In this document: positions 8,823 to 17,178 of the stretch, one piece after another
Position numbering within the stretch: the stretch's first letter is position 1
Layout: every line of letters begins with the position of its first letter
DNA from: a bacterium
Lineage (GTDB): Bacteria; Patescibacteriota; Patescibacteriia; Patescibacteriales; GWC2-42-12
Length of the DNA: 64,000 nt
Reading direction: 5' to 3'
NCBI GenBank assembly: GCA_030649205.1
Contig: JAUSGE010000014.1
Span: 28,717 to 92,716 of the forward strand
Notes under the pieces: model-generated
The model's database searches: none
Seen by the model: only the letters and a program-made list of their open reading frames with translations
Told to the model about the DNA's origin: nothing
Made by a program: the position numbers and the translations under genes

Positions 8823-9764
8823 ATGACAATTTTAATAACCGGCGGAGCCGGCTTTCTAGGCTCGCATTTGTGTGGGCGGCTACTCTTGGCTGGCAATCGG
8901 GTTATTTGCCTGGATAATTTTTTTACCGGCAATAAAAAAAATATTGAGCCATGGCTCGGCAAGGAAAATTTCAGCTTGATTCAACATGATATTATTGAGC
9001 CGTTTTTTATTTCGGAAAAAATTGATCAGATTTATAATCTGGCTTGTCCGGCTTCGCCGGTTCATTATCAGGCTAATCCGATAAGAACGGTTAAGGCTAA
9101 CACCATCGGCGTGATCAATGTTCTGGGGCTGGCCAAAAAGCATAGCGCCAGAATTCTGCAGGCCTCAACTTCCGAAGTCTATGGCGATCCGGCCGAGCAT
9201 CCGCAAACGGAAAGCTATCGGGGCAACGTTAATTGCGCCGGCTCTCGGTCTTGTTACGACGAGGGCAAGCGCGTGGCCGAAACATTATTTTTTGATTATT
9301 GGCGCGAGCATAAAGCGGATATCAGGGTGGCAAGGATTTTTAACACTTACGGCCCGAATATGTCCGCCGATGACGGACGGGTAGTGTCTAATTTTATCAC
9401 GCAAGCGCTGAAAAATGATGACATAACCATTTACGGCGACGGCGGACAAACCAGAAGTTTTCAGTATGTTGACGATTTGATTGACGGTCTGATTAAGATG
9501 ATGGAAAATCAATCGGGCTTTATCGGGCCGGTGAATTTGGGCAATCCGGAAGAATTTACCATTAAGCGGCTGGCGGACGAAATTATAAAGCTAATTCCTG
9601 AAAGCAAAAGCAAAATTGTTTATAGAAGCCTGCCCGAGGATGATCCGCGGCAAAGAAAGCCGGACATCAGCCTGGCTAAGGAAAAATTGGGCTGGCAGCC
9701 GCGGGTTGAGCTGGAAGAAGGATTGAAAAAGACGATTGAATATTTTAGAAAAATAATAAAATGA
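8823..9764 (+). CDS. UDP-glucuronate decarboxylase (UDP-xylose synthase, UXS/ArnA-C-like)
   Basis: [44 protein letters not shown] and [22 protein letters not shown] are hallmark UXS motifs. Confidence 0.75.
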   Translation: MTILITGGAGFLGSHLCGRLLLAGNRVICLDNFFTGNKKNIEPWLGKENFSLIQHDIIEPFFISEKIDQIYNLACPASPVHYQANPIRTVKANTIGVINVLGLAKKHSARILQASTSEVYGDPAEHPQTESYRGNVNCAGSRSCYDEGKRVAETLFFDYWREHKADIRVARIFNTYGPNMSADDGRVVSNFITQALKNDDITIYGDGGQTRSFQYVDDLIDGLIKMMENQSGFIGPVNLGNPEEFTIKRLADEIIKLIPESKSKIVYRSLPEDDPRQRKPDISLAKEKLGWQPRVELEEGLKKTIEYFRKIIK

Positions 9765-10915
9765 TGAATATTATAATTTTTTCCACCGCTTATCTGCCTT
9801 TTTGGGGCGGGGCTGAAATCGCGGTTAAAGAACTGACGGACAGGATCGGCGGCTGTGAATTTGACCTGATTACTGCCCGCTTGGACAGGCGCCTGCCGAA
9901 ATTTGAAAGATTGGGGCGGGTGAATGTTTATAGAGTTGGCCTGGGCTGGAGGCCGGACAAATTTTTACTGCCATTTTTAGGCTTATGGCAGGCGCTCCGC
10001 CTGGATAAATCGTGTCATTATCAGATTATTTTTTCTTTGATGGCCAGTCAGGCGTCAATCGCCGCGGCTTGGTTTAAAATGCTCTGTCCTGAAAAAAAAC
10101 TGCTGCTTAATCTGCAGGAAGGGGACGAGGAGGAGCATCTTAAAAGATACGCGCTGGGCAGTGATTGGCTGTACAATCGGCTGATCAAGCCTTGGCATTT
10201 GCTGGTTTTTAAAAAAGCGGATTTGGTGGTCGCCATCAGCGGCTATTTAAAACAGCGGGCGCAGGCGAGTGGCGTGAAATGTGAAATTGAGGTAGTACCG
10301 AACGGAGTGAACATGGCGAATTACGAATTACGAATTACGAATTACGAATTACGAAAAAAACTAGGGATCGGCGATAAGGAAAAAGTTGTTATTACCGTTT
10401 CCAGGCTGGTGAAAAAAAACGGGGTGGAGTATTTAATTGAAGCTATGCGCTATTTGCCGGAGAATGTTAAATTGATAATTATTGGAAGCGGTGAATTAGA
10501 ATTAAATCTAAAATCTAAAATCGCAAATCTAAAATTAGCTGGTCGGGTGCTAATGCTAGGTGAAATTGGAAATCAATCCATTCCTGAATACTTGTCCGCG
10601 GCCGATGTCTTCGTGCGGCCGTCTTTATCCGAGGGGCAGGGGATTTCTTTTTTGGAAGCCATGGCCGCGGGCGTGCCCATAATCGGCACGCCGGTCGGAG
10701 GCATTCCTGACTTTTTGCGCGATGGCGAGACCGGACTATTCTGTAAGGCAAACAATCCCCAAAGCATTGCTGAACAGGTGAAAGCATTATTGAACAATAA
10801 AGAGCTGGCCGATAAAATAACAGCCAGCGCGCTCCGGCTGGTGAAAGAGAAGTATGATTGGAACTTTATTTCCGAAAAATATGCAAAAATTTTCCATTGT
10901 TATTCCGGTATATAA
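9761..10915 (+). CDS. glycosyltransferase family 4
   Basis: E-x7-E region ([38 protein letters not shown]). Confidence 0.8.
   Translation: MMNIIIFSTAYLPFWGGAEIAVKELTDRIGGCEFDLITARLDRRLPKFERLGRVNVYRVGLGWRPDKFLLPFLGLWQALRLDKSCHYQIIFSLMASQASIAAAWFKMLCPEKKLLLNLQEGDEEEHLKRYALGSDWLYNRLIKPWHLLVFKKADLVVAISGYLKQRAQASGVKCEIEVVPNGVNMANYELRITNYELRKKLGIGDKEKVVITVSRLVKKNGVEYLIEAMRYLPENVKLIIIGSGELELNLKSKIANLKLAGRVLMLGEIGNQSIPEYLSAADVFVRPSLSEGQGISFLEAMAAGVPIIGTPVGGIPDFLRDGETGLFCKANNPQSIAEQVKALLNNKELADKITASALRLVKEKYDWNFISEKYAKIFHCYSGI
10319..10353. repeat. heptanucleotide tandem repeat (AATTACG)x5 inside the GT4 CDS; 35 nt, so unit length is not a multiple of 3
   Basis: aattacg x5 read directly; encodes [12 protein letters not shown]. 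Confidence 0.9.
10504..10537. repeat. degenerate heptanucleotide tandem repeat (AAATCTA, ~5 units) inside the same GT4 CDS
   Basis: aaatcta aaatcta aaatcgc aaatcta aaatta; encodes [12 protein letters not shown]. Confidence 0.75.
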
Positions 10916-11579
10916 TGAAAAAAACACTATTTTAGAAATTTTAAAGCGAATTGAAGCGGTTGAATTGCCGCTGGCAAAAGAAATTATCTTTGTAGACGAC
11001 GGTTCGACCGATGGCACGCGGGAAATTTTAAAAAGTTTGCCGCCCGATAAATATAAAATATTTTATCAGCCGGAAAACCGGGGCAAGGGCGCGGCCGTGC
11101 GCCGGGGCTTTAGCCAAGCTACGGGTGATGTAATTATCATGCAGGACGCTGATTTAGAGTATGACCCCGAAGATTACCTTAAACTAATCAAACCAATAAT
11201 GGACGGCAAAGCCGACGTGGTCTACGGTTCCAGATTAACCGGCTCCGAGGCGCATCGGGTTTTATATTTTTGGCATTCAGCCGCCAATAAATTTTTAACC
11301 ACCCTGGCCAATATGTTCAGCGACCTGAATTTAAGCGATATGGAAACCGGCTATAAAGTTTTTTCGCGCGCCGCCTGGGAAAAAATTTCACCGCGTTTAA
11401 TTTCTAATCGCTTCGGCATTGAACCGGAGATTACCGTCTTGGTGGGCAAAAATAAATTGCGAGTTTACGAGGTCGGCATAACTTACGCCGGCCGGACTTA
11501 TGAAGAAGGAAAAAAAATCGGCTGGCGCGACGGCTTGGCCGCGCTTTGGCACATTATTAGATTTGGCGTCAGGAAATAG
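10881..11579 (+). CDS. GT2 polyprenol-phosphate glycosyltransferase (GtrB/DPM1-like)
   Basis: [13 protein letters not shown]...DDGSTDGT...QDADLEYDP are GT2 motifs with a DxD; ~232 aa like GtrB. Start taken at the internal ATG that begins the GT2 core (the ORF-track start at 10854 overlaps the upstream gene more). Confidence 0.8.
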   Translation: MQKFSIVIPVYNEKNTILEILKRIEAVELPLAKEIIFVDDGSTDGTREILKSLPPDKYKIFYQPENRGKGAAVRRGFSQATGDVIIMQDADLEYDPEDYLKLIKPIMDGKADVVYGSRLTGSEAHRVLYFWHSAANKFLTTLANMFSDLNLSDMETGYKVFSRAAWEKISPRLISNRFGIEPEITVLVGKNKLRVYEVGITYAGRTYEEGKKIGWRDGLAALWHIIRFGVRK

Positions 11580-11583
11580 AAAC

Positions 11584-13131
11584 ATGATGAATTTTTTACG
11601 AAAATATAAACAAATAATTAAATATTTTATCGCCGGCGGCGCGGCCGCGGCGGTTGATTTAGGTTTGTTGTATTTTCTGACCGATATTTTAGGAATTTGG
11701 TATTTAATTTCTACCAGTTTGGCTTTTGCCGCCGCGTTTTTCGTCAGTTTCTTTTTGCAGAAGTTTTGGACTTTTAGGGATCCCGATCAAACTGTAATAT
11801 ATAAGCAGCTGGCAACATACTTAGCCGTGGCTTTGGTCAATTTTACCCTAAACGCCGCCTTGATGTATATTCTGGTTGACGGCTTTAAGATTTGGTACCT
11901 GCTGGCGCAGTTTTTGGCAAGCGGTTTAATTGCCGGTGAAAGCTACTTTATTTATAAGTTTGTAATTTTTAATAAAAAGTCAGCCGGAGAAATAACTAAG
12001 CCAAGAGTGTTGATTGCCACCGGCATCTACCCGCCGGATATTGGAGGACCGGCGACTATGCTGGAAGCCTTGGCCAGTTCCTTATCTCGGCTGGGTTTTA
12101 GCGTGCAAACGATCACTTACGCGGAGCAAACTGCGCCGGGACAAGTTTATAGAATTTCCAGGGCGCAAAATAAAGCGTCCCGCTATGCTAAATATTTTTG
12201 GCGGTTGTGGCTTTTGTCGCGCCGGGCGGATATTCTGTATGTTACCGATACTTATAGCGTGGGCTATTTTGCTTATTTGATAAAAAAGCTAACCGGCAAA
12301 AAATATATAATTCGTTTTGCCGGCGATAGCGCTTGGGAGATGGCGGCGGGCGCCGGCTGGATTGAGGATTATATAACGGATTTTCAAAATATTAAATATG
12401 ACAGGCGCATAGAAAGATTAAAGGCGCGCCGAAAAAAAATATTGGTTAAGGCGGATAAAGTTATAGCGGTCAGCGATTTTATGGCCAAGCTGGCGAAAAT
12501 TATCGGTGTCAGAGAAGAAAAAATAACCGTAATTTACAATGCCGTGGATTTTTTCCCCGCTTCGCCAAAGCGCCAAATTCCGTTAAATCCGACCTTGGTT
12601 TATGCCGGCAGGTTAGTTCCTTGGAAGGGCGTGTCCATGCTGATTCGGGCAGTTCAAGAATTAAAAAACCATCGGCCAAATATAATTTTTGAAATAATAG
12701 GCGATGGACCAGAAGAAGTTAAACTTAAAAAATTGGCTTATAATTTCGGGCTGGCTGAAAATGTGATATTTCGCGGCCGGGTAAGAGAGGAAGAGAGTCA
12801 CGAAATTTTTGCCCGTTCTACCATTTTCGTTTTAAATACTAATTACGAAGGCTTGCCGCATTCGGTTTTAAACGCCATGCGCGCCGGTTTGCCCGTGATT
12901 GCGACGCCGATTGACGGTAACCTGGAAGTCGTCGAGGATCAAGTAAATGGATTGCTGGCGCCGTATAATAAACTGGCGGATTGGATAATTGCGATAAATA
13001 AATTGCTGAATAATCAGGGCCTGCAGCAAAAATTTTCTAAAAACGGTCTGGAAACCATAGCCAGATTCAAATGGAGCGAAGTGGTGGAAAAAACTTCGGC
13101 TTTAATCATCCGCAGTTTTGGTGAAAAATAA
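11584..13131 (+). CDS. fusion: N-terminal GtrA-like flippase-family membrane domain plus C-terminal GT4 glycosyltransferase
   Basis: N-terminus has 4 TM helices with a GtrA-like signature (KYFIAGGAAAAVDLGLLYFL, QKFWTFRD). C-terminus has GT4 E-x7-E (YEGLPHSVLNAMRAGLPVIATPIDGNLEVVEDQVNGLL). Start at MMNFLRKY, just after the upstream stop. Confidence 0.7.
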   Translation: MMNFLRKYKQIIKYFIAGGAAAAVDLGLLYFLTDILGIWYLISTSLAFAAAFFVSFFLQKFWTFRDPDQTVIYKQLATYLAVALVNFTLNAALMYILVDGFKIWYLLAQFLASGLIAGESYFIYKFVIFNKKSAGEITKPRVLIATGIYPPDIGGPATMLEALASSLSRLGFSVQTITYAEQTAPGQVYRISRAQNKASRYAKYFWRLWLLSRRADILYVTDTYSVGYFAYLIKKLTGKKYIIRFAGDSAWEMAAGAGWIEDYITDFQNIKYDRRIERLKARRKKILVKADKVIAVSDFMAKLAKIIGVREEKITVIYNAVDFFPASPKRQIPLNPTLVYAGRLVPWKGVSMLIRAVQELKNHRPNIIFEIIGDGPEEVKLKKLAYNFGLAENVIFRGRVREEESHEIFARSTIFVLNTNYEGLPHSVLNAMRAGLPVIATPIDGNLEVVEDQVNGLLAPYNKLADWIIAINKLLNNQGLQQKFSKNGLETIARFKWSEVVEKTSALIIRSFGEK

Positions 13132-13143
13132 ATTATTGGATTT

Positions 13144-14592
13144 ATGAATAATAGATTATTATTAGTCAACCCGCCGTTTAATGTCGCCAAAGACAATTAC
13201 GACAGCTCGGTATCGGTCGGTTTATTAAGCCTGGCCACCTATTTGGACTGGCGCGGCGTGCCGGTAAAACTTATTGATGGCGTCCGGCAGAAAGATTTTT
13301 TAAAAATTTTTCAACAGGCAGCCGCCGCGAGCGACTTAATTTGTTTTTCCGTTATGACCATGCAGATACCGCAAGCGCTGGAATTATCCGAGCTGGCAAA
13401 AGAGATTAATCCGCAAAGCAAAATTATCTGGGGCGGCGCTCATCCGACTTTTTTCCCGGAACAAACAGCCAGGCATAGCCTGATTGACGCGGTGGTAATA
13501 GGCGATGGCGAGTATGTTATTTTTGATTTGTTTAACGAGCCGGACTGGCAAAAAGTTAACGGCATCGCTTATAAAAAGGGCGGGGAAGTCGTAATTAATT
13601 CTCGGCAAAAGCCGCTTGATCCTAAAACCATGCCGCTGTTTAACTGGGAACTTGAGCCCAGAGAAATACTGGAAAATTTGAGTTTAATCCCGACGCTCAC
13701 TTCCCGCGGCTGTCCTCATCGCTGCGCTTTCTGCATCAACGCCATTCTAAAAAATAGCTGGCGCGCCAGAACCGTTGATCAGGTATTGGAAGATTTAAAG
13801 ATCATAAGCGGCAAGGATTATTTCGCGGGCAAGCCTTTAAGATTTTGGGACGAAAATTTTTTTGTTGACATTAGGCGGGCTAAAGCCATAGTTAATGGCA
13901 TGATTGAGCGCGGGCTTGAGCGGCCCTGGGAGACGACCGTGCGGGCTAATTATATCAGCGCGGCCATGGTTGACGATAATTTTATGGGAAAAATGAAGCA
14001 GTCAGGCTGTTATCTTTTATCGTTCGGCGCCGAATCCGGCTCGCAAATTGTTTTGGATAAAATTAAAAAAGACATAACGCCCGAGCAGATTATTTATGCC
14101 GCCAAGCAATGCCTAAAGCACAAGATTATTCCGCAGTTTTCTTTTATGGTGGGGCTTCCCGGAGAATTAAAGCAAGACATGAAATTAACCGTAAAATTGA
14201 TAGATAAATTGATTAAGTTAAGCGACCAGGTGCAGATTTTAGGCCCGCAGGCGTTTCGGCCTTACCCCGGGTCGGAGTTATACCTGGAATGCGTAGCTTC
14301 GGGCTGGAGCGCTCCCGAAACGCTTCCGGCCTGGAGCCATTTGGTAAAAAATCAGCTGAATTATTTGCAAGTGAAGAACTTTAACTGGGTTAAGCACAAG
14401 GATTTTGTTGATTCCATGGAAGCCTACGTGCGCTTCGGCGCGCATAGTATTAAAAGCGCCATGGGGTCGTCGGTTAAAGCGAGAAAGTTTATTAAATTAG
14501 CTTTTGTTTTAATCTGCCAGCTAAGATGGAAATTAAAATTTTTCGCCTGGCCGTTTGAATTCAAACTGGCGAAAAAATTTGTGACGAAATGA
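13144..14592 (+). CDS. B12-binding domain radical SAM protein (class B)
   Basis: N-terminal Rossmann-like B12-binding region (LLLVNPPF..., GGAHPTFFP) followed by the TSRGCPHRCAFC cluster (Cx3Cx2C). Confidence 0.85.
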   Translation: MNNRLLLVNPPFNVAKDNYDSSVSVGLLSLATYLDWRGVPVKLIDGVRQKDFLKIFQQAAAASDLICFSVMTMQIPQALELSELAKEINPQSKIIWGGAHPTFFPEQTARHSLIDAVVIGDGEYVIFDLFNEPDWQKVNGIAYKKGGEVVINSRQKPLDPKTMPLFNWELEPREILENLSLIPTLTSRGCPHRCAFCINAILKNSWRARTVDQVLEDLKIISGKDYFAGKPLRFWDENFFVDIRRAKAIVNGMIERGLERPWETTVRANYISAAMVDDNFMGKMKQSGCYLLSFGAESGSQIVLDKIKKDITPEQIIYAAKQCLKHKIIPQFSFMVGLPGELKQDMKLTVKLIDKLIKLSDQVQILGPQAFRPYPGSELYLECVASGWSAPETLPAWSHLVKNQLNYLQVKNFNWVKHKDFVDSMEAYVRFGAHSIKSAMGSSVKARKFIKLAFVLICQLRWKLKFFAWPFEFKLAKKFVTK

Positions 14593-16031
14593 ATAAAATA
14601 ATTTTGATTCATATCAACCATTCAGAAGACCATTCGGAAAAAATATTGCCGCTTGGCATTTTATCCGTGGGCAGCGCTTTAAAAAAGCATGGCTTCGGTG
14701 CTGAACTTATAAATATTAATGAAACGGAAATAGATCGGACCGTAGATTACGTGGCTGAACAAAATCCATTATACGCGGGTTTTTCCGTGATGACCGGACG
14801 GCAAACAATGCATAGCGCGAAAATGTCAAAAAAATTAAAAGAGCGCGCTAATATTAAAATAATGTGGGGCGGCATCCATCCGTCGCTTTTGCCCGAGCAA
14901 TGCTTGAGCGAAAGCTACATTGATTTTGTCATCTCCGGAGAAGGGGAGGAAACCGCCGTTGAATTTTCCCGCAAACTGCAATCTGGCGAGCCGTTGGCTG
15001 ATATTTTAGGCTTGGGCTATAAAAGCGGCGGCGCGGTTAAAATCAACCCGCCCCGCCCGATGATAAAAAATTTGGATGACTGGCCGCTTGATTTCAGTTT
15101 GCTTGATTTGGAGAAATACATCTTCAGATTGGATAAATTTAAGCGGGTAATCGCTTATAAAGCCAGCCGCGGCTGCCCCTTTAATTGCGCTTTTTGCTAT
15201 AATCGCGCTTTCAATCAAAGCCGCTGGCGTGCTTGGTCGATTGATCTGGTCGTCTCGGATATTGAATATTTAAAGAAAAATTATAAAATTGACGCTGTAA
15301 AATTTTACGATGATAATTTTTTTGTGGATAAAAATCGCGCTTTGGAAATTTTAAGGCGGATTGGCTTGCCGGCGCACCTGGAAGTAAGAATTGATATGAT
15401 TGACGATTCCATAGCCCGGGCGCTTAAAGAATGCCAAGTTTTTGATTTGCTAATCGGCATTGAATCGGGCAGCGACCGGCTGCTAAAATTAATTAATAAA
15501 AATTTTACGGTTGAACGATTGATTGCCGGAGTAAAAATATTGGCCAAATATGACGTGCCGGCCAGCTATTCGGTTATCGTGGGATTGCCGACCGAGACTA
15601 AAGAAGAATTTGAAGCTACGATTGATTTATTGTATAAAATTTATAAAATTCATCCGCGCGCCGCGGCTTTTTCTCTGGGCGCTTATATGCCGTATCCCGG
15701 GTCGCTAATGTACGACTTTGCCATTAATGAGGGCTTTAAGCCGCCGGAGAAAACCGAGAATTGGGGCAGAATCGACAGGTTTAGAAAAGACTTTTCCACG
15801 CCCTGGACGGATGGAGCGCGGGTCTGGCGCATTCGCGAATATTTTAAGCTGTTAAAGTTAAAATTAGGCCCGATGAATAAATGGTTTGAGCTTAGAATTA
15901 AACATAGATGGTTCGCCCTGCCGTTAGACATTTATTTAATAGAATATTTAGCCGGCGCGGCCATTGAAGAAAAAAGCCGGGCAGGTAAAATTATGAGAAA
16001 AATTTATAATTTAATGAAAAATAAATTATGA
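14589..16031 (+). CDS. B12-binding domain radical SAM protein (class B)
   Basis: GGIHPSLLP B12-domain motif; ASRGCPFNCAFCYN (Cx3Cx2C). Confidence 0.85.
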   Translation: MNKIILIHINHSEDHSEKILPLGILSVGSALKKHGFGAELININETEIDRTVDYVAEQNPLYAGFSVMTGRQTMHSAKMSKKLKERANIKIMWGGIHPSLLPEQCLSESYIDFVISGEGEETAVEFSRKLQSGEPLADILGLGYKSGGAVKINPPRPMIKNLDDWPLDFSLLDLEKYIFRLDKFKRVIAYKASRGCPFNCAFCYNRAFNQSRWRAWSIDLVVSDIEYLKKNYKIDAVKFYDDNFFVDKNRALEILRRIGLPAHLEVRIDMIDDSIARALKECQVFDLLIGIESGSDRLLKLINKNFTVERLIAGVKILAKYDVPASYSVIVGLPTETKEEFEATIDLLYKIYKIHPRAAAFSLGAYMPYPGSLMYDFAINEGFKPPEKTENWGRIDRFRKDFSTPWTDGARVWRIREYFKLLKLKLGPMNKWFELRIKHRWFALPLDIYLIEYLAGAAIEEKSRAGKIMRKIYNLMKNKL

Positions 16032-17146
16032 ATTTATTAGTTATAAATTTGGATAAAGCGATTTTTTCTAAAAATTCCGCTAGTCTTGAAAGGCTTAAGG
16101 AGTATAGCGAGCTGACGGATAAGATGTTTGTTATTGTTTGGACAAAAAATAAAGAGCAAATGATAGTTTATAATAATAAATTGTTTATTTATCCCACCAA
16201 CTCTTGCTGCCGGCTGTTCTATTATTTTGCTTCGCTTGGAATCGCCGGAAAAATATTGAAACATGAAAAAATTGATTTAATTTTTACCCAAGATCCTTTT
16301 GAAACCGGCTTGGCCGGCTGGCTGATCGCCAAAATTTATAAGATTAAATTACAACTGCAAATTCACACGGATATTTTTAGCCCTTATTTTGAGCTTGAAT
16401 CTTTAGCCAATAAATTAAGGGTTTTGCTGGGAAAATTTTTAATAAAAAGAGCTGACAGTTTCAGGGTGGTAAGCCGAAGAATAAAAGAATCTTTAGTTAA
16501 ATTAAGCGTACCGGCGGAAAAAATTTTTGTATTTCCGATTTTTACCGATTTTAAAAAAAATGCCGGCCAGCCAATAAGAAGCGATTTAAAAAGTAAATAT
16601 CCGCGCTTTAATTTTATAGTTTTAATGATATGCCGCCTAAGTCCGGAAAAAAATATTCCCCTGGCCATCAGCGCCATGGCTGACATCGTAAGGCTTCGTC
16701 CCGGCGCCGGCCTGGTAATCATCGGTTCCGGCCGAGAGAGCGAGGAAATAATTAAATTTGGAAAAAATAAATTAGGAGGCATGATGGTTTGGGAAAAATG
16801 GACCGATGATCCGGTTTCGTATTATAAAAGCGCCGATTTATTTTTACTGACTTCTAATTATGAAGGCTGGAGTTTGGCCGTAATTGAAGCCGCTAGTTTC
16901 GGCCTGCCGATTATTATGACTGATGTGGGCTGCGCCGGCGAAGCGATTAAAAACGGCGAAAGCGGCATGATAATACCGGTTGGCAATAAAGAAAAATTAG
17001 TTGAAGTCTTGTTAAAAATTATTGAAGATGAAAATTTAAGGAAAAAATTAGGAGCAAACGCTAAATTGGCGGTAAACCGGCTGCCGAACAAAGAGCAGAC
17101 ATTGAATTTATATAAAATTTCTTGGCAAAAAGCCGTTTTAAAATAA
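16028..17146 (+). CDS. glycosyltransferase family 4
   Basis: YEGWSLAVIEAASFGLPIIMTDVGCAGEAIKNGESGMI (E-x7-E). Confidence 0.8.
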   Translation: MNLLVINLDKAIFSKNSASLERLKEYSELTDKMFVIVWTKNKEQMIVYNNKLFIYPTNSCCRLFYYFASLGIAGKILKHEKIDLIFTQDPFETGLAGWLIAKIYKIKLQLQIHTDIFSPYFELESLANKLRVLLGKFLIKRADSFRVVSRRIKESLVKLSVPAEKIFVFPIFTDFKKNAGQPIRSDLKSKYPRFNFIVLMICRLSPEKNIPLAISAMADIVRLRPGAGLVIIGSGRESEEIIKFGKNKLGGMMVWEKWTDDPVSYYKSADLFLLTSNYEGWSLAVIEAASFGLPIIMTDVGCAGEAIKNGESGMIIPVGNKEKLVEVLLKIIEDENLRKKLGANAKLAVNRLPNKEQTLNLYKISWQKAVLK

Positions 17147-17178
17147 CTTTATAAATTAGCCGGATAAATTTTTATAGT

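Noticed and set aside
12014-12280. 88 aa alternative-frame ORF inside the GtrA-GT4 gene
   Set aside because: It overlaps a supported CDS and its Arg/Cys-rich translation is a frame artefact.
12424-12440. Poly-A8 tracts inside CDSs (also near 31115, 44866) as phase-variation sites
   Set aside because: A/T homopolymers of 7-8 nt are expected by chance in coding DNA this AT-rich, and there is no other evidence for variability. The heptamer arrays are far stronger candidates.
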